Shown piece by piece: positions 48,701 through 60,750 of a DNA stretch of 64,000 nucleotides; position 1 is the stretch's first letter, and each line of letters opens with the position of its first letter. The position numbers were made by a program, and so were the translations under genes. The notes beneath the pieces are model-generated. The model worked only from the letters and a program-made list of their open reading frames with translations, was not told the origin of the DNA and ran no database searches. The stretch is from Phyllosticta citribraziliensis (Eukaryota), in the NCBI RefSeq assembly GCF_038025025.1, contig NW_027117350.1, forward strand, positions 868,001 through 932,000. Reading direction: 5' to 3'.

Positions 48701-49343
48701 GGAGCCGCATTATGAATGATGTGGATGCGGTCATTGTCACCAATCGAGGAGCATTCGTCGACGCAACCACGACAAACACGGTGTAAATGATGCCAGGGAA
48801 TTGAAGGGTAGGCTGGTACTTTGCTCTCATCATGTTGACGAAATATGTCTGGAAGAATAAGAAGACACCACAAACGGCCGACGCCGAGGAATTATATTTC
48901 GATGTTGCATCGACGCCCGAGTGCTGACGAGCCTTGACTGCGCAATAGCACATGAGCAAGTTCAGACAGGTCGCCAAGCACGTGGCGATGATATCCAAAA
49001 ACATTGTTTGCATGAACTTTGCTCGGGGCATTACCGCAAAGCCAAAAATCGAGATGATGGCTATGAGATAGCCCACTGTGGTGTAAACCTCGGAAACATC
49101 GTCGGCTTGATACATGGCCATGGCAATGACGGGTGGAAGGCCGCCTTTGGCCATGAGCAATACTGTCGGCACATCAAGATCAGGACCGTATTTTTTATAC
49201 AGCTCTTTGATTCTGGTCGTGAAGGTCTTCTTCTCTTGTTTGCGGAACGAGGAGCCGATGGTGCTCACCCTCCGGGCACGTGAGGGGCCTAATTGGCTAG
49301 CGGCATCGGCAGTCGCGGTGGAGACTTTATCAATCTCTTCCAT
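45721..49343 (-). CDS. ArAE_2/FUSC-like (putative ER transporter 6TM N-terminal domain) membrane protein, 1087 aa, 8 exons
   Basis: Exons 49343-48641, 48591-47765, 47716-47465, 47408-47288, 47241-47171, 47123-46933, 46877-46380 and 46321-45721 sum to 1088 codons with seven 46-58 nt GT-AG introns. Motifs MAKGGLPPVIA, PRAKFMQ, DPEHLPP, FGLRVACATMTIG, LAPYRLATVCGG, GGKFPRERY, LVGEMDFS. Confidence 0.9.
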
Positions 49344-51282
49344 GTTGGCGGAGGAATGATGGAGAAGACGGACGGGGAGTTCAAGGGGCGTCGAAAGATG
49401 AAAAGGACGACGGTGTGACCAGCATGGTCTCGAGGTTGCACAGGCCAAAAAGAAGGGCGCGGAAGTGAAGAATGAGTCGACAGCGCAAGTCAGAGGAAAA
49501 CGCGGCGACAAAAGGCGGAGAGGAGCGTTGCGCTTTGGCCTCAGTTGGGCGTCGAGACTCGAGCGCAAGGGCCATAAGACCATGTGACGTAGCCCGCCTC
49601 AGCCCTACTATCGCTTTCTCTTCCCCACAGCTCCATCTTCGACTGCACTCAATCACAACAACAACTCATCGCGCGTCCCGCAGATTGCTGCTCGTCGAAT
49701 CGCCCAGGCCATGCCGCGTCGCAAAAATTTTCGGTGCTCTGCAAACGCATCTCGACAGGCGCGATAGCAGCGCCTCATGACCAAAGCCTCTGACAGCGCC
49801 GTCAATCTTTTCCTACAACGCCATCACAAGTCACCGACACTATGCACGTCCAAGACCACATGAGCAGGGTCCTAGCAGTACCAAACATGCCTTGTTTCAA
49901 TGCGTGTCTCGGAGTCCTACGACTGCCGCTGCGAAGAAAAAGAAACTTTTTGCCAAACAACCCCACATTCGGACGGGGCGCGCGATAAGGCGTCTTAGGT
50001 GTTCATATTCACGACGTCGTGTTTGTGGCCTCGCTGAAGGCCAGAAATGTGCGACACATCTTCGAGTCTTGGCTCTTGCAATGGCTCAAGATCAATCGCG
50101 CTGAATCATGTCTGAGAAAGCGCCGCGACGCGTCAAGAGCGTGGAAGCACAGGTCTTGGTCACCGTCTGGAATGGGCTGGAAGTTACTCATGTGGGCCCC
50201 ATGGATCGTCTTCGCATATGCCACAGTCTTCTCAGCGCTTGTTGGTCTTCCAGACTCCACGACCTCAGTGGAATTGAAAATTTTCCTCCCACGTTCTGTT
50301 TATCGCAGGTTGAAGGACTGATATGTGCAAACGACGAAAAGGACCGAGCGTCTGCATGGCCAGCAACGAACTGCACTTCCAACTCCACATGTTCCTCGCT
50401 TGAATTAGCGAAGAGGCATGGTACCCAATCATTCAAGTATTATTGATCACCACGGTGGCCGCGCTTAAGAGCTGTCGTTTGGCGCCACTGCTGCGCTCAG
50501 GGAGAGCATGCAGTACCCACAATGGATATCGCTAGGGAGATTTCGTTTGCTACTACAGCTAAGCCCAAAGAGCCGTCGTTCACCACCGCAAATAGACCCA
50601 GGAAGTGACGTTGTCTTATTCTACCCACTGCGCCGGGTCTCGGGCTCGTCGATTCCTCGGTTGCGGCAAGCAAGACGCGGTGCTTTTGGCAGTGCTCGCA
50701 GACCGGTTAGTGGGCTGGCCGAAGGCTGGCCGACCTGGATCTTGGTTGAAGGACTGAGTGATGGAGGGTGGCCGATTGGCTGGCTGGCTGCTGCAGAGCG
50801 GGATGGGTTGAAGAGGAATCTTGCCAGCACCTGAGCATCCACGTCCTGTTGTGAAGGCCTACTTCCCTAGGATGCAAGGCCTCGCAAGTGTGGTAGGAGG
50901 TATCTTGATCGTTGGTGGATGCTGACGATTTTGCGGAAGAGAATCACGCTGGCGGGATGACGGCAGACAAAACGGGTAGTCGGGCGTTGGTGTTGAATTG
51001 ATGCTTGGTGAGCCAGCCCTCGCGACGAGGCAACCCGGGTGCCAGTGGTAGTTCACTGCCTCATAATGCAAGCAAGCGGATGAGACTGGAAGACGACGCA
51101 TTTCAGAGCGGCTGTCCTAGATCCTGCCCGCTACAAATCGTTCCAGCCCCGACTCGTGTCCTCTCATCAGCACTCATTGAGTCAAGAGGAACAACAACAT
51201 CAACTATCAACAGTACCAACGCCAATTCCATGCTTTTGCGCTCCTTCGCCTACACCCCTCGTCGTCGCCGGCTGTGCCACCT

Positions 51283-51822
51283 TTACTCACAGCACAGCCG
51301 CCAGCCCTCTCCACCCACTCGATCGTCGTCAATCGCAACCTGGCGTCCCGTGGCCATCTCGAAGCCGTACGCCGTCGAGACCTGCTGCTGCTGCTGCTGC
51401 TGCCGCCGCTGCCGCTTCTCCCAGCGCCGCTGCGCTGTGTAGATATCGATGAGGAGATCTGTTGCCTTGCTTTCGATGAGTGCTTGGACGATCTCGACGA
51501 GGTCTTCGTCGGACAGCCAGTTTGGCGTCGCGAGTGTCTCGTCGTCGGAGTTGGAGTCAGACTCGTCGCGTTCATTGATCGAAGTCGTCGTGGTTGTGTT
51601 GTGAGACGTGCCGGATTGCAATGTTGTGGTCAGGTCCGCGTCGTCTCCCTGGCCCTCGACCTCATGAGTGCAGGTCACCGAGGCCGAGTGGGAGCGGCCG
51701 AGAGAAAAATTCGACGCGCTTTCCTTCTCGAGGTCTTCGGTGGCAAAAAAACTCGTTTTCTCGTCGACTGTCGTAGCTTTTCCACCCAATTGACTCGCGG
51801 GAAAATGGTTTATTGCAGCCAT
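51283..51822 (-). CDS. Possible orphan acidic protein with poly-Q, about 179 aa
   Basis: ORF with CACAATGG start context, acidic low-complexity sequence and a helix-like WLSDEDLVEIVQALIE segment. No family recognised; may splice near the 3' end (GTGAGT). Confidence 0.3.
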   Translation of the reverse strand: MAAINHFPASQLGGKATTVDEKTSFFATEDLEKESASNFSLGRSHSASVTCTHEVEGQGDDADLTTTLQSGTSHNTTTTTSINERDESDSNSDDETLATPNWLSDEDLVEIVQALIESKATDLLIDIYTAQRRWEKRQRRQQQQQQQVSTAYGFEMATGRQVAIDDDRVGGEGWRLCCE

Positions 51823-52880
51823 TGTGTGCAAACAGCGATGGATTTCCTGCAGATTGTGAGCCCTGGCTTGCACCTTGTAGATGGCTGACAGCGTTTACTC
51901 TGGACACATGGGACGTGGTTGATCTCTGAGGTGGACGATTTACAGTATGGGTTAAGGTAAGCTGAGCGGAGGATACAAGGAAGTCCGCCAGCATTGGACC
52001 AGAGGCCTGTGCACTGCAGACGACCGAACTGAAGGACGCAACGGAATTAACACTGTGATATGCTCTAAGTGTCAAAGTACTCACTAAACACGCAATACCC
52101 AGCGAAGCCGAGGGTGTCGGACAAAGATCGATGCCAGCGAATGAGATTGGTCATTCTCGCTTCACGCGCGCTTTTGCTCAACGCAGCCGTCATTTGCGCA
52201 AGATCCAAATACCCACATCTTCCCCTTCCATTTTGCCTCCGCAATCCCCTTCTGAACCCGAGTTGACCTCCGGAATAAATCTTACCGCAACAAGGGAAGA
52301 AAGCCGAAACAAAAACCGTCAAGCCAAAGCAGCCACCTGAAGACCCAGGCACCCCCTGCACATTCAAGGCGCTCCCGCCAATTGGCTCAAGAACCGAAGA
52401 ACACAAGACCACAAGTCAATAGACTGCTCCCTTTCTCGCAGGCTAATGTCGGAGCTCTTGCAGACAAAAAAACAGTCCTTCGTACTTGGCATCCTCGAAA
52501 TCGTTGTCACCGTCCGACTTCACTTCAAGCGCAAAAGAACTTTGGCATCTCAATTGTCTTCGGTCGAAGCGATGCTGCTCTCCACACTGATGCCCACAGT
52601 GTAAATATCGCCACTATCGTTATCGCTGTCATGAAGATCCTGCGCAGAGACGCTCTTCGAGCGGGCTAGATAAGACGTAATACATTATGATTATGGAACT
52701 TGTCACTGTCGTCGAGTGCTAAATAAAGGAGCAAGCCACTACATAAATCGACAAAGTGAGGGCAGAGTGGTTTTCAAAGATCTCTGAGCGTATTAGGAGC
52801 TTGGAATGACTTGCTCCTGGAATCCATCCGCGGCGACAAGACGGGACATCTCTCGACATTTAATTGGGGAAATGTGTCCC

Positions 52881-53807
52881 TCACTTGTCCGCCTTGATCT
52901 CATAACTGCTCTTTTGCGTAATCCACGACTCCAGATCCAGCAGCTCGGGGTGCTTGCTCCGCAGCGCCTTGATGTCCGCCCCGTAACCTTCCGTTGCGTA
53001 CCAAGTAATCATCTTGCCCATTGCGGGCATCAGGTACATCAGGGTGCTGCCAATAAAGGAGAACGAAGTGCCCGCGCGCTGGCCCGTTGTGTTCTCGAAG
53101 GCCTTGCTCAGCTGGTCAAAGGTGAGCTCATCGCCCGCCAAGCCGATGGCCTTGTGGTTGTATTCCTGCGGCTTGGAGAAGGCCTGGGCGGCGAACCAGC
53201 CAATGTCGGACGTCGCGACCCACTGCAGCGGCTTGTCTTTCATCGAGCTTTTCAATGCGGCCAGGAAAACCTTGGTTGGGTAGGCGGGCTCAAGGTTGTC
53301 CATGAAACTCACGGGTCGCAATATCGTCCAACCCATCTTGCTACCAGCGGAGTTCCTGAGGTGGTGTTCGATGTTGTGCTTGGTGACGAAGTGGGGGACG
53401 TCTGTTGGATTGTTCCACGAGACCTCGTCGCCACCGCGGTCCACGCTGCTGTAGACAAAGTGCTGGACACCGTTCTTGAGCGCCTCGTCAACCAGCGCAA
53501 TGCCCTGCTTGGTCTCGCGTTCAGAGGTTGCGCCTTTGCCAAGGGCGAGCTGGACGGAAAAGACGCCCCAGATCTGCTCCCCCTTGGCCATCTTTTTTGC
53601 GGCCTCGAAGACTGCCGGCACATCGTCGAGATCGCCCTGGACGAGCTTGATTATCGGCGACTTGTGGACGAGCCGCTTGGCCGATGCGCTCTCTGGATCG
53701 CGGGTGACAGCCAAGATGGTGTCTTTGGAGCCCTGGGCCAGGAGCGCGTCCACCACCGCGCTGCCTTGCTTTCCAGTCGCTCCAGTAATGAGAAGAGCCT
53801 TGGGCAT
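52881..53807 (-). CDS. NmrA-like NAD(P)-binding (atypical SDR) protein, 308 aa
   Basis: Rossmann motif LITGATGKQGSAVV; GVQHFVYSSVDRGG, VPHFVTKHNIE, WTILRPVSFMDN, DIGWFAA, LAGDELT; intronless. Confidence 0.93.
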   Translation of the reverse strand: MPKALLITGATGKQGSAVVDALLAQGSKDTILAVTRDPESASAKRLVHKSPIIKLVQGDLDDVPAVFEAAKKMAKGEQIWGVFSVQLALGKGATSERETKQGIALVDEALKNGVQHFVYSSVDRGGDEVSWNNPTDVPHFVTKHNIEHHLRNSAGSKMGWTILRPVSFMDNLEPAYPTKVFLAALKSSMKDKPLQWVATSDIGWFAAQAFSKPQEYNHKAIGLAGDELTFDQLSKAFENTTGQRAGTSFSFIGSTLMYLMPAMGKMITWYATEGYGADIKALRSKHPELLDLESWITQKSSYEIKADK

Positions 53808-56786
53808 GATGAACAGAGTCGATTTTTGAACTTGAAAAGTGACAAGATACTGAGAAGGCTGGGGGTGAATGCGGGGTTGGAAGAGAGCGGGACAAAAGGA
53901 GCCACTAGGTTGCTTGCTATTTCACCCAACATGACAAGCTGGGAAATCAAAGGTCTTTATGCTAACTACATACGGGAGTCAGTCGCCGCAGAGTCCATTA
54001 TGACGCACGGCCCTAGTGCTGATTATCCAAGCAAGTTCTGTCGTCGGACTGTCGGACTGCCAACAGTGCGACACTATTGTAAGCTGACCGGCAAGCCACG
54101 ACTTAACTAGCCGAACAGTTGCACAATTGTGCTTTGGGTTTCCAACTGCGTCATCAAGTCTATTCATTTATTGTACTTGTACAGTTGAAGTTTTATGTCA
54201 ATTCCTCAAGTGCCTCGGGTACTTTTCACCACAGGGCTGCAACTTGGAGACTCAGACGTCATTCTTTCCTGAAGAGTGCTTCTGCAGCATTCTGGCTTTG
54301 CTCATGCTCAATCGCTCTCTAACAAGACGGGAGCTTCAAAAACAAAATTGCCGAAATTTTCAAAACGACACTTGTACCGGCCGATAGGAAAGGAGCGCTG
54401 AAAGAAAACCGGGTCGGTAAGTTTCCATTCCCCACGTCCTATTGTTGAATACTAATCACCAATTAAGCTTCATCTCTATATCTACTTAGGCTCCGAGGGC
54501 ATCTACTAATCATCATGCAAGCTTTACAGTTGAGCTTGAATCGCCTTTGGCTCCGCGAAGAACGTTCCACATGCCAATTCTTTTTGAGACCTGCACGGCT
54601 CCGTCGTCTATCTTCCCACACTCGGCTGACACGCGCTACCAGATGTTCACATATTTTGTATCTATCTAGCCCATCCGTTTTTGTCCGAGCAGTCAGTGGC
54701 CCCAGAGTGATCATCCCAGGTCTCCCACGGACGGGCAATCTACCGCACTCGAGTTTCAGCACTAAGCTCCTCTGGAATTGAACGCCGCGGCTATGCGACC
54801 ACGCCCAGTTTGCAGCGTTCAACTCATGAGCTATCCTGGTGAATCTGGTCGAATCTGGCGGGCATATCAAGACCCGAAAGCGCAATCCGTTGCTGAATGC
54901 GGTCCGCGAAGAAATCAAGAGAGTGTAGCACGACGTTCTATTTGTAGTCGCACTGGGTGGAGTTCCAGAGCCCCGCCTCAAGGCCCACGGCCGTCTCGTA
55001 TTGATAGCCCATGCGCAGCAGTTCTCCTAGGTTGATCTAGCAGCATATCAGAATCGTGTAGTACTTATCAGGCCAGCGGAAATTGGAGACGGACCAATGT
55101 CCCCCACGCTGCCTCCGCCTTGAAGGAACCCACAACCTGCAATTCCCCTGGATCCGGGGAACTCATGATCAGGTCGATCAGCGGATCTGGATTGCGTCAA
55201 CGCAATGTACTGCAGCGACGCAGATACTCTCCTTCGCTTCGATTTTGGAAGCTCCTGAGAGCCACTCGGTCCATGATCGAGCCATCGCCGCCTTGGGTCT
55301 TCAAGTCACGATAATTCCATGAGAACCCGGACTACTGTGATCCAAGCGAGTCAACATTTGCAAGAAAGCTCCCACACGGACGTTCAGGAAGCCTCCTGAG
55401 TTTACTCAAATTTTCACGTAGCGGCGATTGGTGTATTTTTTTTTTCCCTGCGTGAAGCAACAGCGGAGTGAAAGACATGGACTGAACCCCAGTCAATTCC
55501 AGTCGGACGTGAATGTGCGTCGGACAAGAACTGACAAAATGGAATATCATGATGGCTGAATGGGAACCAGCGTTGTGCTTGCATGTAAGCAGCCGCTGAT
55601 AAATTCCCGACTAGTTTTCCTCCCGCGCACATGAGGTTAGCCCAAGACTCCAAAGCAAGGCAGTCGGGCCACGCAGGACCACTCTAATGGTCCCTGGGTT
55701 CGTGCTTAGAGAGCGTGGATGCTCACTGAGTCTCAGATGAGCTCGGGAACAATTCACCATCTGCGTCCCCTTTGTGATGGGAATCCTCGCAGCCAGCTTT
55801 TTTTCTTCTGTGTTTCAGTATGGAGTGACTTTTAGTAGCGATCCTCAGTCTGCCAACTGGGCTGAAGTGGCTGATGAACAGAACAAGAACAAGAAAATCA
55901 AATCAAATCGTGATGCTGACACTGGCCTTGGTGTCTAGTCAAATCCGAGTTGCATATCGTCGAAGCCTCTATAGGAGAAGTTCATCCCGAAGTGGTCTAC
56001 AAAGTGGCCATTCTTTTCATCGCAGCTCGGCCTCAAACAGCTGCGGATTTTTGGAGGTGAGGCACCGTACAGTGAGTACTAGGATCAAGCGAGCACGCCA
56101 AGCGTTGACCGAAATCCGCCGAATCCTTCCACTTCCACCATCGACCCGTCACATTTTGCTCTTGGGATGACGTCCATTGTTCCAGTCAACCTAATCAATG
56201 CATTAGTGAAGAAAAATGAATGCGGCCGAAAAGCATTGGAGACTGAGCCGTCGTGAATGTTGCCCTGTCGACGTGTGGAAGGAGTGTAACGATCCGTTGG
56301 TCGAAGACATTGCTGCCAACATGTAGTAGGATTTGATTCGCAATCTCCAATTTTCTAGAGTTGCATGCGAGGATAGCAGGTCTGCACTGTTCCAACGTCC
56401 AGAGCTGGCCCAGAGCGACAACTTGAGGACGTGATGGAGTCAAGTCTGGGACCTGGGCATTGCATTTACTTGCGGAAAACGGCTAGTAATTATTTGGAGA
56501 CCCAAAGCAAAAGTGGTTCCAAGAAATAGACAAATCGCCCTGAAATCTAGACACTGTCCGATTGACAGTCGACTAGGGACGAAAGTAGCTTGGGAAATGC
56601 AGTGCTTTGCCACTTACTGCTAGGCGACGCCACAACAAACCCTTGATTCCAAACAAAGCTGTTTACTGCCACCACAGCTGGAACTCAATAGACCATTGCT
56701 GAATAACAAAGTGAAGGGATGAAAAGACTCCAATCGCGGCTGAGCACACTTACTCTCCACACCTGCAGTACACGTTCAGCTTCGAC

Positions 56787-57429
56787 ATGTCGACTACGAC
56801 AGGCTTCCCTGAGAACTCAGTCCACCCTTCAGTGCACCCGGCAAACCCACCAGACAAGGACGAGCGTCATATCCAGAGGGTCATCGGCGCTGTTGTCGTG
56901 AGCAGCATCAGTGGTTCCATCTTTATTGGCATATTCATTTGGATATATATCCGTCGCAGAGCATACAAGAGAGAGAGGGCAGCCTCAATTTGCTCCGATG
57001 CCTCTCGACCTCGTCCATCCGAAATCTCGATCCTGCCAGCGGGTCTCTCTGCAAACTTCTCCTTCGCGCCAAAAGGTGAGGATGATCCGGGGGGAGGGAG
57101 CTCTTTGGAAATGCTTGTGCTGACTGCATGCAGTGTCTGTGATCCCGCCCACGCCAGACACTTCGGAAGAACAAAAGAAACTCGCACTGCCAAATGTCTC
57201 CGAGGTGCTGGACGGGCCTTCGCAGCCCGCCGCGCCACAGCAGACTGAAGACATCCGACCTCCCAAAAGATCGAGGCGGTCGTGGGCGAACAGATCCAGT
57301 TTCCGGCTGTCGTTTGCATCCATGAACTCTGGACCTTCTCCGAGGACCTCGGTGATGCCGGTGGACAGCGCGAGCAAAAATCTTATTCAGAATATGGCCG
57401 AGACGGGGTCGTCTGATGTTGTCAGGTAG
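56787..57429 (+). CDS. Small single-pass membrane protein, 194 aa; join(56787..57075,57134..57429)
   Basis: Hydrophobic VIGAVVVSSISGSIFIGIFIWIYI followed by RRRAYKR. 58-nt intron (GTGAGG...GCTGAC...CAG) joins two ORFs in frame. Confidence 0.7.
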
Positions 57430-58164
57430 CATCTGGAGGCGGATTACTCGTGGCTGGTGACTGTGTCTTTGCGTGTTGCGCGCTGTTCATGGAGCGTTCG
57501 GGTAGGCGTTTGGTTTCCACGTGGACATGTCGTCAAAAATTGTACAACAGATCTATGGAATGTCTTTGAGCGACTCGTACCGGGTGTGCCGTGTGACGGT
57601 TCTGATGAACGAATTTTGATGATCTCATCAGCATGACAACTTTCAACGCCAAACTGACGGCGGCGATTCTTTACATTCTGATTTTTTTCTGTGCTCCAGT
57701 CGGTCTTTCAGGTGCGCGTAAGTCTTTTCGTGAAAGCCGCAGGCGGTGAGCGTACCTGAAGCGTGCAAAATCCGCCGCATTGCACAATCTGCCCGTTCAC
57801 AGATCTGGAACAACCAGCCTATCGCTCTGTGAGACCAGACTTACGGAATGGGGACGGAGATGATATGCGTGACCCCGAGAGAGGCCTGCAAACACCTAGA
57901 TCTCCATCTCGCTTTACCCGATCGGGAAGGTACGACCAACCGCGCCGCGTCCCACCCGGCATCTGTCGTGCAAGATCCACTCCGTAGTGCAATTTATTTG
58001 CCCGAGTTGCTGAACGCCTGACTGCTGCAACTTCCTCATCCAGAAATACTCCAGTCTTTGTGCTTATCGCGACATGGCTTCGCGCCACACACACCGCACC
58101 CACTCTGTGCGCGATATAATGTGGACGTCAACGGTCGTAGTGTCGCCATGCTCGTCTTTGCGCG

Positions 58165-60611
58165 ATGCCGTTTCTTCAATTCTTGTTCGTGGTCGCCGGC
58201 TTCACCAAGTCGGCCGTTGGATACTCTGATCCAGTTTGGAAGACCCTGAACAACAATACTGGCTCTGCTTGCGCATCTGTTTCTTACTTGGCAGCTTCTC
58301 AGACATCAGCTTCTCCCAGTGCAACGGCGACTGTACCCGCAGAGTTGGCTTACAAATGCATCAATAGCGTCCCTTTGAACGTCAGCGCTGCGTTGGATCT
58401 CATTGAGACGGTGAAGCCATACTGGGGGTGGCAAAGCACGATTGCGTATCTCAAGAATCCTCCGGCAGAGTATGTTGAGAAAATTCAGGATCCTGTCGAT
58501 ATTTTTGGCCAGCTGGATATCATAGAGTCCAAAGTGAAAAACGGAAGTTTCGCGAGCGAATATGAGGTAAGAGGAGCTAGAAGGCGCTTCCAGCTTCTAC
58601 GCTGTTCAACTATACTAATGATTCAATCAGTTTGGTTTCAGCATATACCGACTGCTCCAATCAACCCACGACGGACACTTTGTTTACGTACCAGACTCCG
58701 TTGGAGGCATCTTTAATTTTGGACGCACGCTTCCCCTGGTGTCAGTATCCTTGGACGGAAAAGCCATCCCTCAACCCTACGCCTACTCAGACGTTCTGGA
58801 AGCCTCCCTCGGAGACTCTTCTTTTACTCCATCACCCATCGTCAAGATAGATGGAGAACCCGCCACCTCTTGGCTTGAACACTGGAGCCAATATGGATCC
58901 CTCCAAGATCGAGACGCGTTATACAACAATGTCTTCTACGAGCTCGCGATTGTCGCCCTGGGAAGTTCCAGTGCCGGTATGGGCACCTTTACTGGCGGAG
59001 GCCGCGGAAGGTGGATCTATCCAGGAGCGACCACGACTCTCCAGTTCGAGAACGGCACCAGTGTTGTCCTGAAGAACTTTGCCAAAGTGTTGACCGAATT
59101 TGATGGTGTTGACAGCGGCGAAGCTCTGTACAAAAAGAAGTTTACTGTCCCGGCAGACCATTACTTTCAAAATGGAGCACTTACTACCGCCACCACCACA
59201 ACAACAACGGCGACTCCGACTTCAATTTCAACTTCAACCAGTTCAAAGAGTACACCAGCTCCAGGATACCCGACCCCAGTTGTGCGCCAGGAGAACAATC
59301 TCATAGGCGGCTACTACCTGGACGGTGAAGACTACGCAGACATTGCAGTTCTGAGCGTTCCTTCTTTCGTCGGCTCTTCCGACGCCGAGATAAGCTTCCA
59401 AGAAACCAGCCAGAGATTTTTGGCCGAGGCAGTCGCAGCAGGCAAGACAAAGCTCGTCATCGACCTGAGTGCCAACGGCGGCGGAACAATCCTGCAAGGC
59501 TACGATCTGTTCAAGCAACTCTTCCCGTCCATGGACGCGTTCGCGGCGGCAGACCGCACGCGGGCGCTCGAATCGATCGACCTGCTCGGCCAGTCCTTCT
59601 CCGAAATTTCGAGCACCGTCCCTCGCACGCTTGACTGGGGCAAAAACGAGACGTTGGAGGAGCTCGAGGGAGACATTGTTTCCAGCAACTTCAACTATCG
59701 CACAGATGAGACCCCTGAAGGCCAATCCTTTGACTCGTGGGCTGAAAAGTTTGGCCCACATGAGTTTAACGGTGATCAATTTTCGAGTCTCTTCCGCTGG
59801 AACCTGAGCGACGTGCTCACGCCCATCAACAGCGGTGGAATCCAGATTCAGGGGTATGACGGGTACAGAACGAATTTGACACAGCCGTTCGCCACCGAGA
59901 ATGTTGTCGTTCTCACTGATGGCTATTGCGCTTCGACGTGTACAATCTTTTCGAGACTCATGACAGATCTCGCAGGGGTCAAGTATGTCGCAATGGGCGG
60001 GCGGTCAACGTCAGGCATCACCCAAGCCATCGGCGGCGTCAAAGGAACCAAGTGCGCCTCGCTCCCAACGATAGCTCAAAGACCTGCTGACAATCTTTAG
60101 TGACTTTGGCTGGGATTACATACAGGAGTTGGTGGCTTTGGCGTACGAAAACGCAAACGCAACGCAAAAGACGTACTACAACACGACGTCTTTCGCCGAC
60201 TTTAACGACCAGATCCCCTTTTTGCGCGCCGCCAACGACACGGCGTACAACATCAATTTCCGCGACGGAATTAAGATTGGCGACTTCGAGGAACAGACGC
60301 CGCTGCAGTTTGTGTACGAGCCGGCCGACTGCCGCATCTACTGGACGCCAGACATGACAGTCGATATTACTGCGGCGTGGAAGGCGGTCGCCGATTCGGC
60401 TTGGGGGAGCACCGATTGGTGTGTTGCAGGCAGCGTCAAGACCAATTCGACCGTGCGGATGCATGCAAATGTTGCCAGTAGGTACAGCCGGCCCGCTGTA
60501 ATCGAGTCGGTTCCGATTCGTCAGCGGGCGAGGCGAGATGACTACCCCCTGGACGTGTACACGGATCTGCGAGGGCAGAACTTGAAGAAGAATGGATACA
60601 TGGTGCCGTGA
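58165..60611 (+). CDS. Secreted fungal peptidase S41 family protein, 777 aa; join(58165..58566,58631..60051,60101..60611)
   Basis: Signal peptide; AELAYKCINSVP, WQSTIAYLKNPP, HDGHF, QDRDALYN, KLVIDLSANGGG, catalytic-region TDGYCASTCTIF, QAIGGVKG, PLQFVYEPADCRIYWT. Two canonical introns. Confidence 0.92.
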
Positions 60612-60750
60612 TCGGAAGAAAAAGAAGAGCGGAGCATTGTATCCTTGGAATAGCCAGAAACCCTTCTATCTTAAAATCAATCCATTTTTCCTCAACAACT
60701 CCAAAGAAACGCCAGTGCACCGCGCGCCAAACAGGAAAGCACAATTTTGT

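Noticed and set aside
52881..53807. Horizontal transfer of the intronless NmrA gene
   Set aside because: Motifs match the common fungal NmrA-like type, and other native genes here are also intronless.
52806..54110. 434-aa plus-strand ORF over NmrA
   Set aside because: Antisense shadow; the minus frame has the clear Rossmann/NmrA motifs.
54100..56700. Possible degraded transposon or pseudogene in a less GC-rich stretch
   Set aside because: No terminal repeats and no transposase or RT motifs seen in the frames examined; would need a BLASTx or repeat-library search.
58165..60611. Fungal RiPP (dikaritin) cluster around the S41 peptidase
   Set aside because: No Kex2-repeat precursor and no UstYa/DUF3328 oxidase visible in the window.
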